This document shows positions 52,636 to 61,170 of a stretch of DNA of 64,000 nt, in pieces. A program made the position numbers and the translations under genes. The DNA comes from Dehalococcoidia bacterium. GTDB lineage: Bacteria; Chloroflexota; Dehalococcoidia; Plut-88900. The notes beneath the pieces are model-generated. The model was not told the origin of the DNA and ran no database searches. It was given only the letters and a program-made list of their open reading frames with translations. Position 1 is the stretch's first letter. Every line of letters begins with the position of its first letter. Location of the stretch: NCBI GenBank assembly GCA_965207225.1, contig CBDBLV010000003.1, forward strand, positions 96,001-160,000, in the 5' to 3' direction.

Positions 52636-53511
52636 CTATATGATCGCCAGTGGATTCCAGGGAGAGCCCGTGGCATGGGTCAGCCGCAGCGGCGCCCCTA
52701 TGAAAAGAAACTCGTAGACCTTGTCCCGGGCCAACTCCTCCAGGTCAAGGTTCTCTAGTATGTACACCCCCAGGTCCCGAAGGGCATACCGGTGAAGTGG
52801 AAGCCCCCCCTCCGGGCTCCCGACCTTGATCCTCAGCTCGCAAGTCGGGTGGTCCGTGCCGATGGCGCATACGTCGTGCTCCTTCAGCCACGGCAGCACC
52901 GAGGCATTTGGTCCCGGAAAAGATGTGGCCCACCTTGCCCTGTCCTTCTCGAACAGCGTGTACCACCCGGTGCGGATCATTACCACGTCACCCGGTTCAA
53001 GCGAGATGCCCTGCGCCCGTGCCGCCCCATCCAGGTCCTCGGGGGTTATGGCCTCGGCCTCCTGGAGGTGATCGACACCCCTATACGCCGCAACGTCCAG
53101 CATCACCCCCCGACCCACTATGTGCCGTACATTCTCGATACCCGTCCGCTCGACTCCACGGCTGCCGGCGTACTCATCCGAGGAGAAGCCGTTATAGAAC
53201 TGGCCGTCGGCCCACACGTGCCCAATAGCATCAATATGCGTGCCGGAATGGGTCTCCATGATGATGACGTCGTCGATGATGGACTGGTCGGGGTCCTTGC
53301 GTTCCGCCACATGCGAGACGCGCCAGGTCTTGTGGAAGGTCGGCATCTGCGGCCCGTCCTTCTCAAGCGGCACCGCCAGGCTGTAAATCTTCCCCTCCCT
53401 GACCATGCTGAACGCCTTGAGCACCTGCTCCCGACCCTGCAGCAAGTTGAGAACGCCTATCTGGTCGTCCGGGCCCCACCGGCCCCAGTTGGAAAGGTTC
53501 GTATCCGTCAT
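52636..53511 (-). CDS. Cyclase-family metal hydrolase (tandem paralog)
   Basis: Same motifs (THSGTHIDA). Confidence 0.9.
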   Translation of the reverse strand: MTDTNLSNWGRWGPDDQIGVLNLLQGREQVLKAFSMVREGKIYSLAVPLEKDGPQMPTFHKTWRVSHVAERKDPDQSIIDDVIIMETHSGTHIDAIGHVWADGQFYNGFSSDEYAGSRGVERTGIENVRHIVGRGVMLDVAAYRGVDHLQEAEAITPEDLDGAARAQGISLEPGDVVMIRTGWYTLFEKDRARWATSFPGPNASVLPWLKEHDVCAIGTDHPTCELRIKVGSPEGGLPLHRYALRDLGVYILENLDLEELARDKVYEFLFIGAPLRLTHATGSPWNPLAII

Positions 53512-53623
53512 GGCTTCCTCCGGTAACTGGCTGTGAGTCGACTAACGGCCTGATTATACGGGTTTTGGGGGGTTGGGTGGGTTATAATTGACCCACAGGC
53601 CCTATCCCAAAGGAGGACCGAGG

Positions 53624-54055
53624 TTGAAGAAGAAGACTTTCGAGCAGGCCCTGAAGGGCGCCGTCAAGATGTCCGAAAAGTACGTCGAGAAGGGCCCCTA
53701 CGAGTTCTACTCCGACCCCGAGATCGTCGACGAGGTCCAGAAGGGTCTCGCCAAGAACGAGGTCAAGTGGGGATACCGATACTGTCCCTGAATGATCGTA
53801 GAAGGCGACCCGGAGCGGGATCGCATGAAGATCTGCCCCTGCGAGAGGCACCACGAGGACATAGCTCGGGATGGCTTCTGTATATGAATGTTCTTCGTAA
53901 GCGAAGAGTTTCTTCGCAAGATGGAGCAGGGCGAGGAGCCCATGAGCACCCTGGCCGGAGAGGGCGGTGCCCCCGGTGAGGAGCTGTTCCCCGACGACAA
54001 GTACACCGGCGCCCCCAAGAAGTCGGCCCGGGGCCCGGCCAGCCGTAAGAAATAG
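53624..54055 (+). CDS. Ferredoxin:thioredoxin reductase catalytic subunit homolog with two selenocysteines (143 aa on readthrough)
   Basis: AAGGAGG RBS then TTG; GLAKNEVKWGYRYCP-U(53789)..ICPCERHHEDIARDGFCI-U(53885)-MFFV..TAG. Confidence 0.88.
53805..53824 (+). promoter_or_regulatory. Candidate bacterial SECIS 1
   Basis: GCGACCCG-GAG-CGGG(A)TCGC hairpin 13 nt after the TGA. Confidence 0.7.
53901..53917 (+). promoter_or_regulatory. Candidate bacterial SECIS 2
   Basis: GCGAAGA-GTT-TCTTCGC hairpin 13 nt after the TGA. Confidence 0.7.
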
Positions 54056-54080
54056 CCCAACGACCTTTTTTGCATGTGGA

Positions 54081-54113
54081 ATAATGGGAAACTGCTGAGC
54101 AGTTTCCCATTAT
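54081..54113. other. Perfect 16-bp inverted repeat (terminator or operator)
   Basis: ATAATGGGAAACTGCT-G-AGCAGTTTCCCATTAT. Confidence 0.6.
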
Positions 54114-54206
54114 CATGTACGGAGGAAACGCAACCTCAGACCCCTGCTTGCGTTATCTATTGCAAGGCCCGCATTTCACGATTACGACCTCAAGACATAG
54201 GTGGAA

Positions 54207-55577
54207 ATGATTAAGCTCAAGTTACTGGCCGTGGCCCTTATCGCTTTATTGGTCGCGGCCGCATGCGGAGGCGGAGTAGACGCAACTGCCACCACCGAGG
54301 CCGGGGCCCTGACCCCCCAGGCCCGGGATACCACCGGCACCCCGACTCCCACGGCCACCACCCCCATCCCCACCGCCACCCCCATACCCGCTCCCGGCGT
54401 GGTAATTCCCACCCCCGTCTCCTTCATCCCCGACCTGGGGGACATCGCCTATGGTTATGTCGAGACCATCGTAAGCAGGTTCGGAGAACGGGATTCCGCC
54501 ACAGACGGCGAACTGGCGGCGGCCGAATACATCGCCGGCGAATTCCAGTCCTTTGGATACGATGCCGAGCTCCGCAGCTTTGACCTCCAGGTGATTGACG
54601 ACTCGGAGCCCTGGCTAAGGGTAACCAGCGATGGAGACCGGGAAATCGAGGCCTTGTTCATGTTCCGCACGGGCTTCGGAGACGTGGAAGGGACTCTGGT
54701 GAACGTTGGGCTTGGCCTCGAGGACGACTTCCCGGATGAGGGCCTTGACGGGGCCGTTGCCCTCATCGAACGGGGTGGAGCCGACTTTGAAGTCAAGTTC
54801 CAAAACGCCGTGGCCGCCGGGGCCTCTGCAGTCATCATCTACAACAATGAACCGGACAACTTCTCCGGCACCCTCCAGTCTCAGGGCCAGGTACCGGTCC
54901 TCTCCTTGAGCCAGGAAGACGGCCAGGCCCTCGCTTCGATGATAGAGTCCGGCGAAGTAAGCGTCCGCGTCCGTGTCATAACCCTCGACCGGGAGAGCCG
55001 CAACGTAGTGGCCGTCAAGGAGGGGTCCGACCCCAACGCCCTCGGCATCGTGGTCGGCGCCCACTTTGATGGCGACGCCGAATCGGTCGGAGCCAACGAC
55101 AACGCATCCGGGACTGCAGCTCTCCTCGCCGTGGCCGATGCCTTGAAGGACGACACCTTCGCTGCGGACGTCACTTTCGTCGCTTTCGGCGCCTCGGGCC
55201 TCGGCCTTATCGGCGCCCAGAGCTTTGCCAGCGGCCTGCTGGACGAAGGTGCCCCGACCGTCGGTCTGATGATTAACATGGACGTGGTTGGAAGCGGCGA
55301 GAGAGCAGTCGTGGCGGGGGACCCCGTCACACAGCTTGAAACCCTTCGGCTGGGCACGGAGCTCGGGGCGGTAGTTTCGCCCGGCAACACACCCGACGGA
55401 GTCTTTAGTGATCACATGGTCTTCCAGGCCCTGGACATTCCCACCGCCTTCTTCTTCACAGATGACCTTTCCAGGGTCAACACCCCTGAGGACACCCTGG
55501 AATTCGTAGACGCGGCTTTGCTGGGCGATGTCGTGAATTTGGTCGTTGCCCTGGTCCGCAGTGGTGCAGGTCAGTAG
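54207..55577 (+). CDS. M28 peptidase-like lipoprotein with PA domain, probably catalytically altered
   Basis: Lipobox AAAC; ALIERG, VIIYNN; GAHFD, GANDNASG, NMDVVG, SDH. Confidence 0.85.
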   Translation: MIKLKLLAVALIALLVAAACGGGVDATATTEAGALTPQARDTTGTPTPTATTPIPTATPIPAPGVVIPTPVSFIPDLGDIAYGYVETIVSRFGERDSATDGELAAAEYIAGEFQSFGYDAELRSFDLQVIDDSEPWLRVTSDGDREIEALFMFRTGFGDVEGTLVNVGLGLEDDFPDEGLDGAVALIERGGADFEVKFQNAVAAGASAVIIYNNEPDNFSGTLQSQGQVPVLSLSQEDGQALASMIESGEVSVRVRVITLDRESRNVVAVKEGSDPNALGIVVGAHFDGDAESVGANDNASGTAALLAVADALKDDTFAADVTFVAFGASGLGLIGAQSFASGLLDEGAPTVGLMINMDVVGSGERAVVAGDPVTQLETLRLGTELGAVVSPGNTPDGVFSDHMVFQALDIPTAFFFTDDLSRVNTPEDTLEFVDAALLGDVVNLVVALVRSGAGQ

Positions 55578-55597
55578 TGCACGGGCTTAACTGACAG

Positions 55598-56974
55598 ATG
55601 ACTCTTAAGCAATACCTACCGTGGCGCGTTGCCACCGCCGTGGCGTTGTTGATCGCCGCGGTAGCGCTCTGGGCCGCCCTGTTGGTCGGCGCTTCCGCGG
55701 ACAACGACTGGATCGAGTTCGGAGACCAGTCCGCCGTCATCAACTTCCCCGACGACATGGTCTTCACCCTGGAGTTCACCACCGACAGACCCGTGGCCCG
55801 CGCCAACCTCTCCTTCAACATCGTCGGGCAGGACTCAGGCCGCATCGAACCAGCCGATATCAAGGCAGGTGACCCGTCAACAGCCGAGTTCACCCTCAGG
55901 ACCCGGGGCGGGAGCAGCACTTTCATCCCCCCTGGCGCTGTTATGACCTACCGGTGGATCATCGAAGACGAGGATGGAAACTCCGCGGAAACAGAGTCCA
56001 CCCAACTGATGTACACGGACACCCGCTTCGAATGGAATACCGTCTCCCGTGACAACATTTACGTGCACTACAACGGCCCCACCAGGACCCGCGCCGAGAC
56101 CATACTGGACGCCTCTGCCATTACCCTGAACAACATGGGCAGGCTTCTCAACGCCGAGTTGACCAGGGACGTCAACGTGGTCATGTACAACAATCCCCTC
56201 CAGATGAAGGACGCCCTTCCCTTCATCAGCCAGGCTAGCTCCAGCGGGCTGGTGACCCAGGGCCAGGCATACGGTAAGGAGGGGGTGCTGTTGATAAACG
56301 GCTTCGATAGCCAGATTGAGGGCATCGTATCCCACGAAGTTACCCACCTGCTGGTAGCTCAGGCAGGAGAAGGCCCCGGCAAACGGGTCCCGGACTGGCT
56401 CAACGAAGGTCTGGCAGAATACGGCAACATCCAGCCCGGCGTCTCCTACGATCTCGCCGTCCTGCGCGCCGTGCGCACCGACACCCTATATCCCCTCGTA
56501 CAGCTTGCCAACCGACCCGGAGAACCCGAGGCCGTCATCGTCTTCTACGGCCATTCCCGCCAGGTCGTCGACTTCATGATCGAAACCTTTGGCCCCGACA
56601 AGATGAGTCAGCTACTGCGGGAATTCCGGGACGGCGACTTAAACTTCGAAGACACCCTTGAGAAGGTCTACGGCCACACCCTCACGGAGATAGACAACAT
56701 GTGGCGGGACAGCCTGGGTCTTCCTCACGTCTCGACAGAGAGAATAGGTAACAGGCCGAGTTCCGCCGCCCCCACCCCCCGACCCACCCTACCTCCGCTG
56801 GGAGCTCCCACTGCCACGCCTTTGCCGACTGCCCCTCCACCTCCCACCTCTACCCCCCTTCCGGCACTCGCCCCCGACTCGTCGGGAGCAGGGAGCGGAT
56901 ATCTCTGGCTTCTACTGCTATTGCTGCTGATTCCGGCGTCGGCAATAGGGCTATTTCTCTTGCGTCGGCGGTAG
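55598..56974 (+). CDS. Membrane-anchored gluzincin (peptidase MA) protein
   Basis: HEVTH..WLNEGLAEY; signal peptide; Pro-rich linker; C-terminal TM plus RRR. Confidence 0.88.
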   Translation: MTLKQYLPWRVATAVALLIAAVALWAALLVGASADNDWIEFGDQSAVINFPDDMVFTLEFTTDRPVARANLSFNIVGQDSGRIEPADIKAGDPSTAEFTLRTRGGSSTFIPPGAVMTYRWIIEDEDGNSAETESTQLMYTDTRFEWNTVSRDNIYVHYNGPTRTRAETILDASAITLNNMGRLLNAELTRDVNVVMYNNPLQMKDALPFISQASSSGLVTQGQAYGKEGVLLINGFDSQIEGIVSHEVTHLLVAQAGEGPGKRVPDWLNEGLAEYGNIQPGVSYDLAVLRAVRTDTLYPLVQLANRPGEPEAVIVFYGHSRQVVDFMIETFGPDKMSQLLREFRDGDLNFEDTLEKVYGHTLTEIDNMWRDSLGLPHVSTERIGNRPSSAAPTPRPTLPPLGAPTATPLPTAPPPPTSTPLPALAPDSSGAGSGYLWLLLLLLLIPASAIGLFLLRRR

Positions 56975-57240
56975 AGGTGCGCCCTTCCGTACATACGCCC
57001 ATCCCCCGGACGTGCTGCGATTTTCGGAAAGCGGTTCGTGGTCACTGATTTTGATTAGCGCCGCCACCGACCCCGGCAGCCTGGCAACCCTGGCCTCCTC
57101 CATCCTGGAAATCACCCCTTCCTAAAAGCACGGGCTTACGGTCTACAGGGTCGGACTTGCAGATGCATCGCAAGATGACGTGGATTTGATTGCATCCAGT
57201 CCGGCGACGGTGAATCTATAGGCTTTCAGGCCACTAACCG

Positions 57241-59274
57241 CTATCGCGTCCTCGGGTTCAGCACGTCATTCAGTCCGTCCCCCAGCAGGTTCCAGGCGTA
57301 GATGAGTATGGCTATTGTCGCGGCCGGAACTAGGAGCAGGTGTGGATCATCCCGCAATATCGACAGGTTGGATATTCCGAAGTTCTCCAGGATCATCCGC
57401 CCGAGACTCGGGTTAGGGGGTTGTATCCCAATCCCGAACCAGCTCAGCACAACCTCAGACCCCGCCACCGCCCCCATCCCCACTGACACCGAGACAATAA
57501 CCGGGCTCAGGGCATTCGGAAGCAGGTGCCGGAATATGATGCGCATGTTGGAGGCGCCCATCGCCCTTGCCGCCTCCACATACTGGCTCTCTTTCAGCCA
57601 CAGGAGTTGGCCCCTGACCAGCCGGGCCATCCCCACCCAGCTGAACAGCGTCAGTGATGCAAACACCACGAAATAGTCCACCCCGCCCGACCGCACGATC
57701 CCGTCTATCCCGGACCAGTCCTCGAAGGCCCTGACCCACTCCACGACCCTCGGCTTCACCGTCGCCGCTATCAGGATGATCAGCAATATGCCGGGGAAGG
57801 CCAGGAATATATCGCCGGTGCGCATTATCACCGTGTCCACCCGCCTCCCGAAGTAACCCGCCGCCGCCCCCATGAATACCCCTATCAGCAGCGACCCCGT
57901 GAGCACCGAAGCCAGGGTGATGATTACGGTAGTCCGAATTCCGTAAATCACCCGGCTCAGCAGGTCCCGCCCGATCCTGTCCGTACCCAGCGGGTGCTCA
58001 AGACTCGGGGGCCACTTGAAGATAGACGGGCCCTCGATGAGGTCCGTGGAGGCCAGCTCGCTCCAGGTGTCCCCGCCGTTGGTGGTTATAAACAACCCGC
58101 CGTCCACGGTCCCGGCAAATAGGGTGCCGTCATTGCCGAAGTCAGGGGAAATTGCCAGGCCCTCGGCCTTCGTTATGCTTAGACCAGCAGTCGCCGTCAC
58201 CCAACTGGCGCCCTCATCCACCGACCGAAAGATCCCCAGGCTGCCCGTGTTCGCGAATATGGTCCGGTCCGACTCGTAGCCCGGGGAAGTCAGCAGGGCG
58301 AGCACCTGCTGGCTGTTCAGCCTTGCATCCATCAATTCCCATGTCGACCCCCTGTCCCGAGACCTCAGCAACCCCTCGGACGAGGTAACGTACAGGGTGC
58401 CGTCCCGCCCGAACCCCGGCGATATCGCCATGGTCGCCTCACGGGACACGCCGGCACTGGCCTCGTAGACCGGCGCCCAGGATATGCCTGCATCCGTAGA
58501 GCGATACACCTCTTCCACCGTCCGAAATGACCCGGTCTTCCTCTCGGTGACCGTTGCGAAGACCGTGTTGTCGGAGGCAAAGTCGGGGGAGAACACGACG
58601 TGAGAGGCGGCTGGGGCCTCGCTCTGAAATCCGCTGTTGACGTTGGCCCAGCTAGAACCCCGGTCACCGCTCCGGTACAGACCCCCAGACAGCGCCGCAA
58701 TGGCGATACCATCTGAGCCAAAGGTGGGGGACGCGGCCAGGTGCTTTACGCCGCGATTTGCAGGGAGGCCTTCGCTGGCCTCTTCCCATGTCGAGGCCCC
58801 GTCCCGGGACACGAATATCCCCTGCGGGGTCCCCGCAAAGACCACGTTATTGTCCCCCTCAATCGAGACCGGTGCCAGCACGTCAACGTTCACCGCCCCC
58901 AGCCCCGTGTTCACCTGCTCCCAGGACCCGCCCGCATTCTCCGACCTGAACACCCCGATGGGGGTGTAGTTGTACAGGGTTGAGTCTTCAGTCCAGCGCG
59001 GAGAGATGACTAGCCCCTGGAAACCGGGTAAATCCTCCAGGTTGGTCGACGGTGTCTCCCTATAGTCCCGGGGAGCGGTCCAGGGGGCCAGGGCGCCGCC
59101 CACATAGAGAATTACTATCAGGATCAGCGCCCCGAAAGCCACCTTCTTGCGCCGGAGTCGCGCCCAGGCCTGCGCCCAGGGTCCGCCCCGCATCTGCGCA
59201 TCGTCGGAAGAGTCCCGTCGGCCCCTCCGGAAGAGACCCCACACCCGACCCAGCACCTGTAGAAGGCTAGTCAT
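57241..59274 (-). CDS. OppC/DppC-type permease with an inserted BNR/Asp-box beta-propeller
   Basis: HPLGTDRIGRDLLSRVIYG, EAARAMGAS, HLLPN; repeated RSxDxGxSW. Confidence 0.9.
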   Translation of the reverse strand: MTSLLQVLGRVWGLFRRGRRDSSDDAQMRGGPWAQAWARLRRKKVAFGALILIVILYVGGALAPWTAPRDYRETPSTNLEDLPGFQGLVISPRWTEDSTLYNYTPIGVFRSENAGGSWEQVNTGLGAVNVDVLAPVSIEGDNNVVFAGTPQGIFVSRDGASTWEEASEGLPANRGVKHLAASPTFGSDGIAIAALSGGLYRSGDRGSSWANVNSGFQSEAPAASHVVFSPDFASDNTVFATVTERKTGSFRTVEEVYRSTDAGISWAPVYEASAGVSREATMAISPGFGRDGTLYVTSSEGLLRSRDRGSTWELMDARLNSQQVLALLTSPGYESDRTIFANTGSLGIFRSVDEGASWVTATAGLSITKAEGLAISPDFGNDGTLFAGTVDGGLFITTNGGDTWSELASTDLIEGPSIFKWPPSLEHPLGTDRIGRDLLSRVIYGIRTTVIITLASVLTGSLLIGVFMGAAAGYFGRRVDTVIMRTGDIFLAFPGILLIILIAATVKPRVVEWVRAFEDWSGIDGIVRSGGVDYFVVFASLTLFSWVGMARLVRGQLLWLKESQYVEAARAMGASNMRIIFRHLLPNALSPVIVSVSVGMGAVAGSEVVLSWFGIGIQPPNPSLGRMILENFGISNLSILRDDPHLLLVPAATIAILIYAWNLLGDGLNDVLNPRTR

Positions 59275-60196
59275 ACTTGATCCTCGGGTCCAGGAACGCG
59301 TAGAGGACGTCGACGAGGAGGTTGGCCAAAACGAAGGAAACGGATATCAACAGAACAAGCGCCATGATTACCGGAAAGTCCCGATTGAATATCGAATCAA
59401 CAGCCAGCCTTCCTATCCCCGGGATCCCGTAAAGTTGCTCCGTAATAAACGCCCCCGTCACCAGGTCTCCAAGCGAAAGCCCGACAACCGTGACTATGGG
59501 AATGATGGAGTTACGTGCAATGTGCCGGCGACGCACCGTCCACTCTTTCAGCCCCTTGGCCCGAGCCGTGCGGATGTAGTCCTGGCCCAGGACGTCCAGC
59601 GTGCTCGCCCTCATCAGCCGGGTTAGGACCGCTATGCCCGGCACCCCCATCACCAGGGCCGGCATCAGGATCCGCATATCGAAAAAGCCCCCCCACCCCC
59701 CGCTGGGAAGGACGTCCAGCCAGACCACGAATATCAGCGCCAGGATAGGCGCGGTCACCAGCACGGGAATCGATACAAAAAAGAGCGTGGTCGCCACTAT
59801 TACGGGGTCGACCCACCTCCCCTGGTTCAGCGCTGCAATGAGCCCTAGCGGCACCCCTCCCATCACCGAGACTATCATCGCCGCCAGCCCCAACTGCGCC
59901 GACACCCAAATCTTGCCCGCGATCAGGCTGGACACCCGCTCTCCGCGGAAGGTGAAGCTCTCGCCCAGGTCTCCCTGTACCGCATTCCAAACGTACCTGC
60001 CGTACTGCACGAAGAACGGGTCGTCCAGGCCGCGTTGCTCCTTGATTCGGGCAATGACTTCCGGGTCTCGGTGCTGGCCCGCCAGGACCGACACCGGGTC
60101 CCCCGGCCCGTAGGTGCCCAGCGCGAACGTGACGAAGGAAACTACAAGTAATACAACGGGCACCCAAAGCATCCTTCGAAGGATGTAGGCCTTCAT
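59267..60196 (-). CDS. OppB/DppB-type peptide ABC permease
   Basis: PGDPV, GDLGES, YIRTARAKGL, RDFPV, DPRI. Confidence 0.93.
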   Translation of the reverse strand: MKAYILRRMLWVPVVLLVVSFVTFALGTYGPGDPVSVLAGQHRDPEVIARIKEQRGLDDPFFVQYGRYVWNAVQGDLGESFTFRGERVSSLIAGKIWVSAQLGLAAMIVSVMGGVPLGLIAALNQGRWVDPVIVATTLFFVSIPVLVTAPILALIFVVWLDVLPSGGWGGFFDMRILMPALVMGVPGIAVLTRLMRASTLDVLGQDYIRTARAKGLKEWTVRRRHIARNSIIPIVTVVGLSLGDLVTGAFITEQLYGIPGIGRLAVDSIFNRDFPVIMALVLLISVSFVLANLLVDVLYAFLDPRIKYD

Positions 60197-60268
60197 CTAC
60201 GCCTCCGGTAGTTGGATAGTGCCCTCCTACCGAACACCGAATAACCGATGTCTACCTTAGATGAGATC

Positions 60269-60676
60269 TTAGACCTCGCGCCAACCCGAGCCTCTCGCGA
60301 GGTCTAGAGCGTACTGCTTCTGCTTTTCCCTATCATTAGCAACACTGGCGGGTAGAACAATGTCCGCGTGATAGGGGTTCTCATCGCCAATGGGGGAAGC
60401 AACTACTGTACGGCCTTTTTTACTGACTGCTTCGGCCGTTACGGTCGCCCATCCGCAAAACTCACCTTCCCGGTTTGCAGCCCGCCTCCGGGCTATTGCA
60501 ATGGCTTCATCTGGTGGAGCAACACTCAATCTATCGACCGAAATGCTCGTCTGTCCTATCGGGGGTAGAAAAACACTGTAAGGCACACGACCTTTGCTCG
60601 CCCGCCTGGCTGCTCTTGCTGAATAGATGCCCCGACCCAACTCTTCCCACTCGGCAACAATGTCAGGGACTGGCAT
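60269..60676 (-). CDS. Hypothetical protein, possible ADP-ribosyltransferase-like fold
   Basis: GRGIY..FLP..ISVDR..NPYHADI pattern. Confidence 0.6.
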   Translation of the reverse strand: MPVPDIVAEWEELGRGIYSARAARRASKGRVPYSVFLPPIGQTSISVDRLSVAPPDEAIAIARRRAANREGEFCGWATVTAEAVSKKGRTVVASPIGDENPYHADIVLPASVANDREKQKQYALDLARGSGWREV

Positions 60677-60681
60677 ATAAG

Positions 60682-61089
60682 CTAGCCGGGCGCCTGCTCC
60701 AGAGAGTAAAACTCTTTAACCAGGGATTCGTCCGGGAGATCTTCGGTTGACGGGTACCTGCGGATGCGTTGCTCGTCATTAATGTGTACCAGGCAGAGGA
60801 CCTCGCCCGCAGGCTCGCACAGGACCAACACCGCAGACCCTCGGTCATTTCGTGCATCGATAGCGACTTCGCCATCTGGGTTAGGATACACCTCAAAGCG
60901 ATGAGGCCAGACAACGTAAAGTTTTCTCAAGAGCTGCTCGGACCTATCAAGCAATTCCTGGTCGGGTATGGGGAACCCGTCCTCCCGAGCCTCTTCACAC
61001 GCGTCCGCAAGGTCCGCTAGCGCATCCGCGAGGTCCTGTGGAGTGCCGTTGGAATCTTCCCCTACGTTCTGTATTGTACGCTCGCGCAT
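60682..61089 (-). CDS. Acidic hypothetical protein, possible antitoxin partner
   Basis: GGAG RBS; GFPIP..EVYPNPDGEVAID; 5-nt gap to the next gene. Confidence 0.65.
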   Translation of the reverse strand: MRERTIQNVGEDSNGTPQDLADALADLADACEEAREDGFPIPDQELLDRSEQLLRKLYVVWPHRFEVYPNPDGEVAIDARNDRGSAVLVLCEPAGEVLCLVHINDEQRIRRYPSTEDLPDESLVKEFYSLEQAPG

Positions 61090-61170
61090 GACGTCTCCAG
61101 CGCTGTAGCCCGACCCCTTCAGGAATCGGACTACAGCTTACCACACGCCCCCGATTCAACCTTGTCGCGC

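Noticed and set aside
53512-53590. TPP riboswitch ahead of the thiD operon
   Set aside because: Leader too short and no CTGAGA core; only divergent TATAAT boxes
53588-53791. 67-aa ORF, or a pseudogene reading of the FTR gene
   Set aside because: Both stops are TGA at the redox-Cys positions, with matching hairpins and an intact downstream frame; Sec recoding explains this better
57150-57206. Long imperfect hairpin as an ncRNA
   Set aside because: Single copy between convergent genes; a terminator or REP-like role is sufficient
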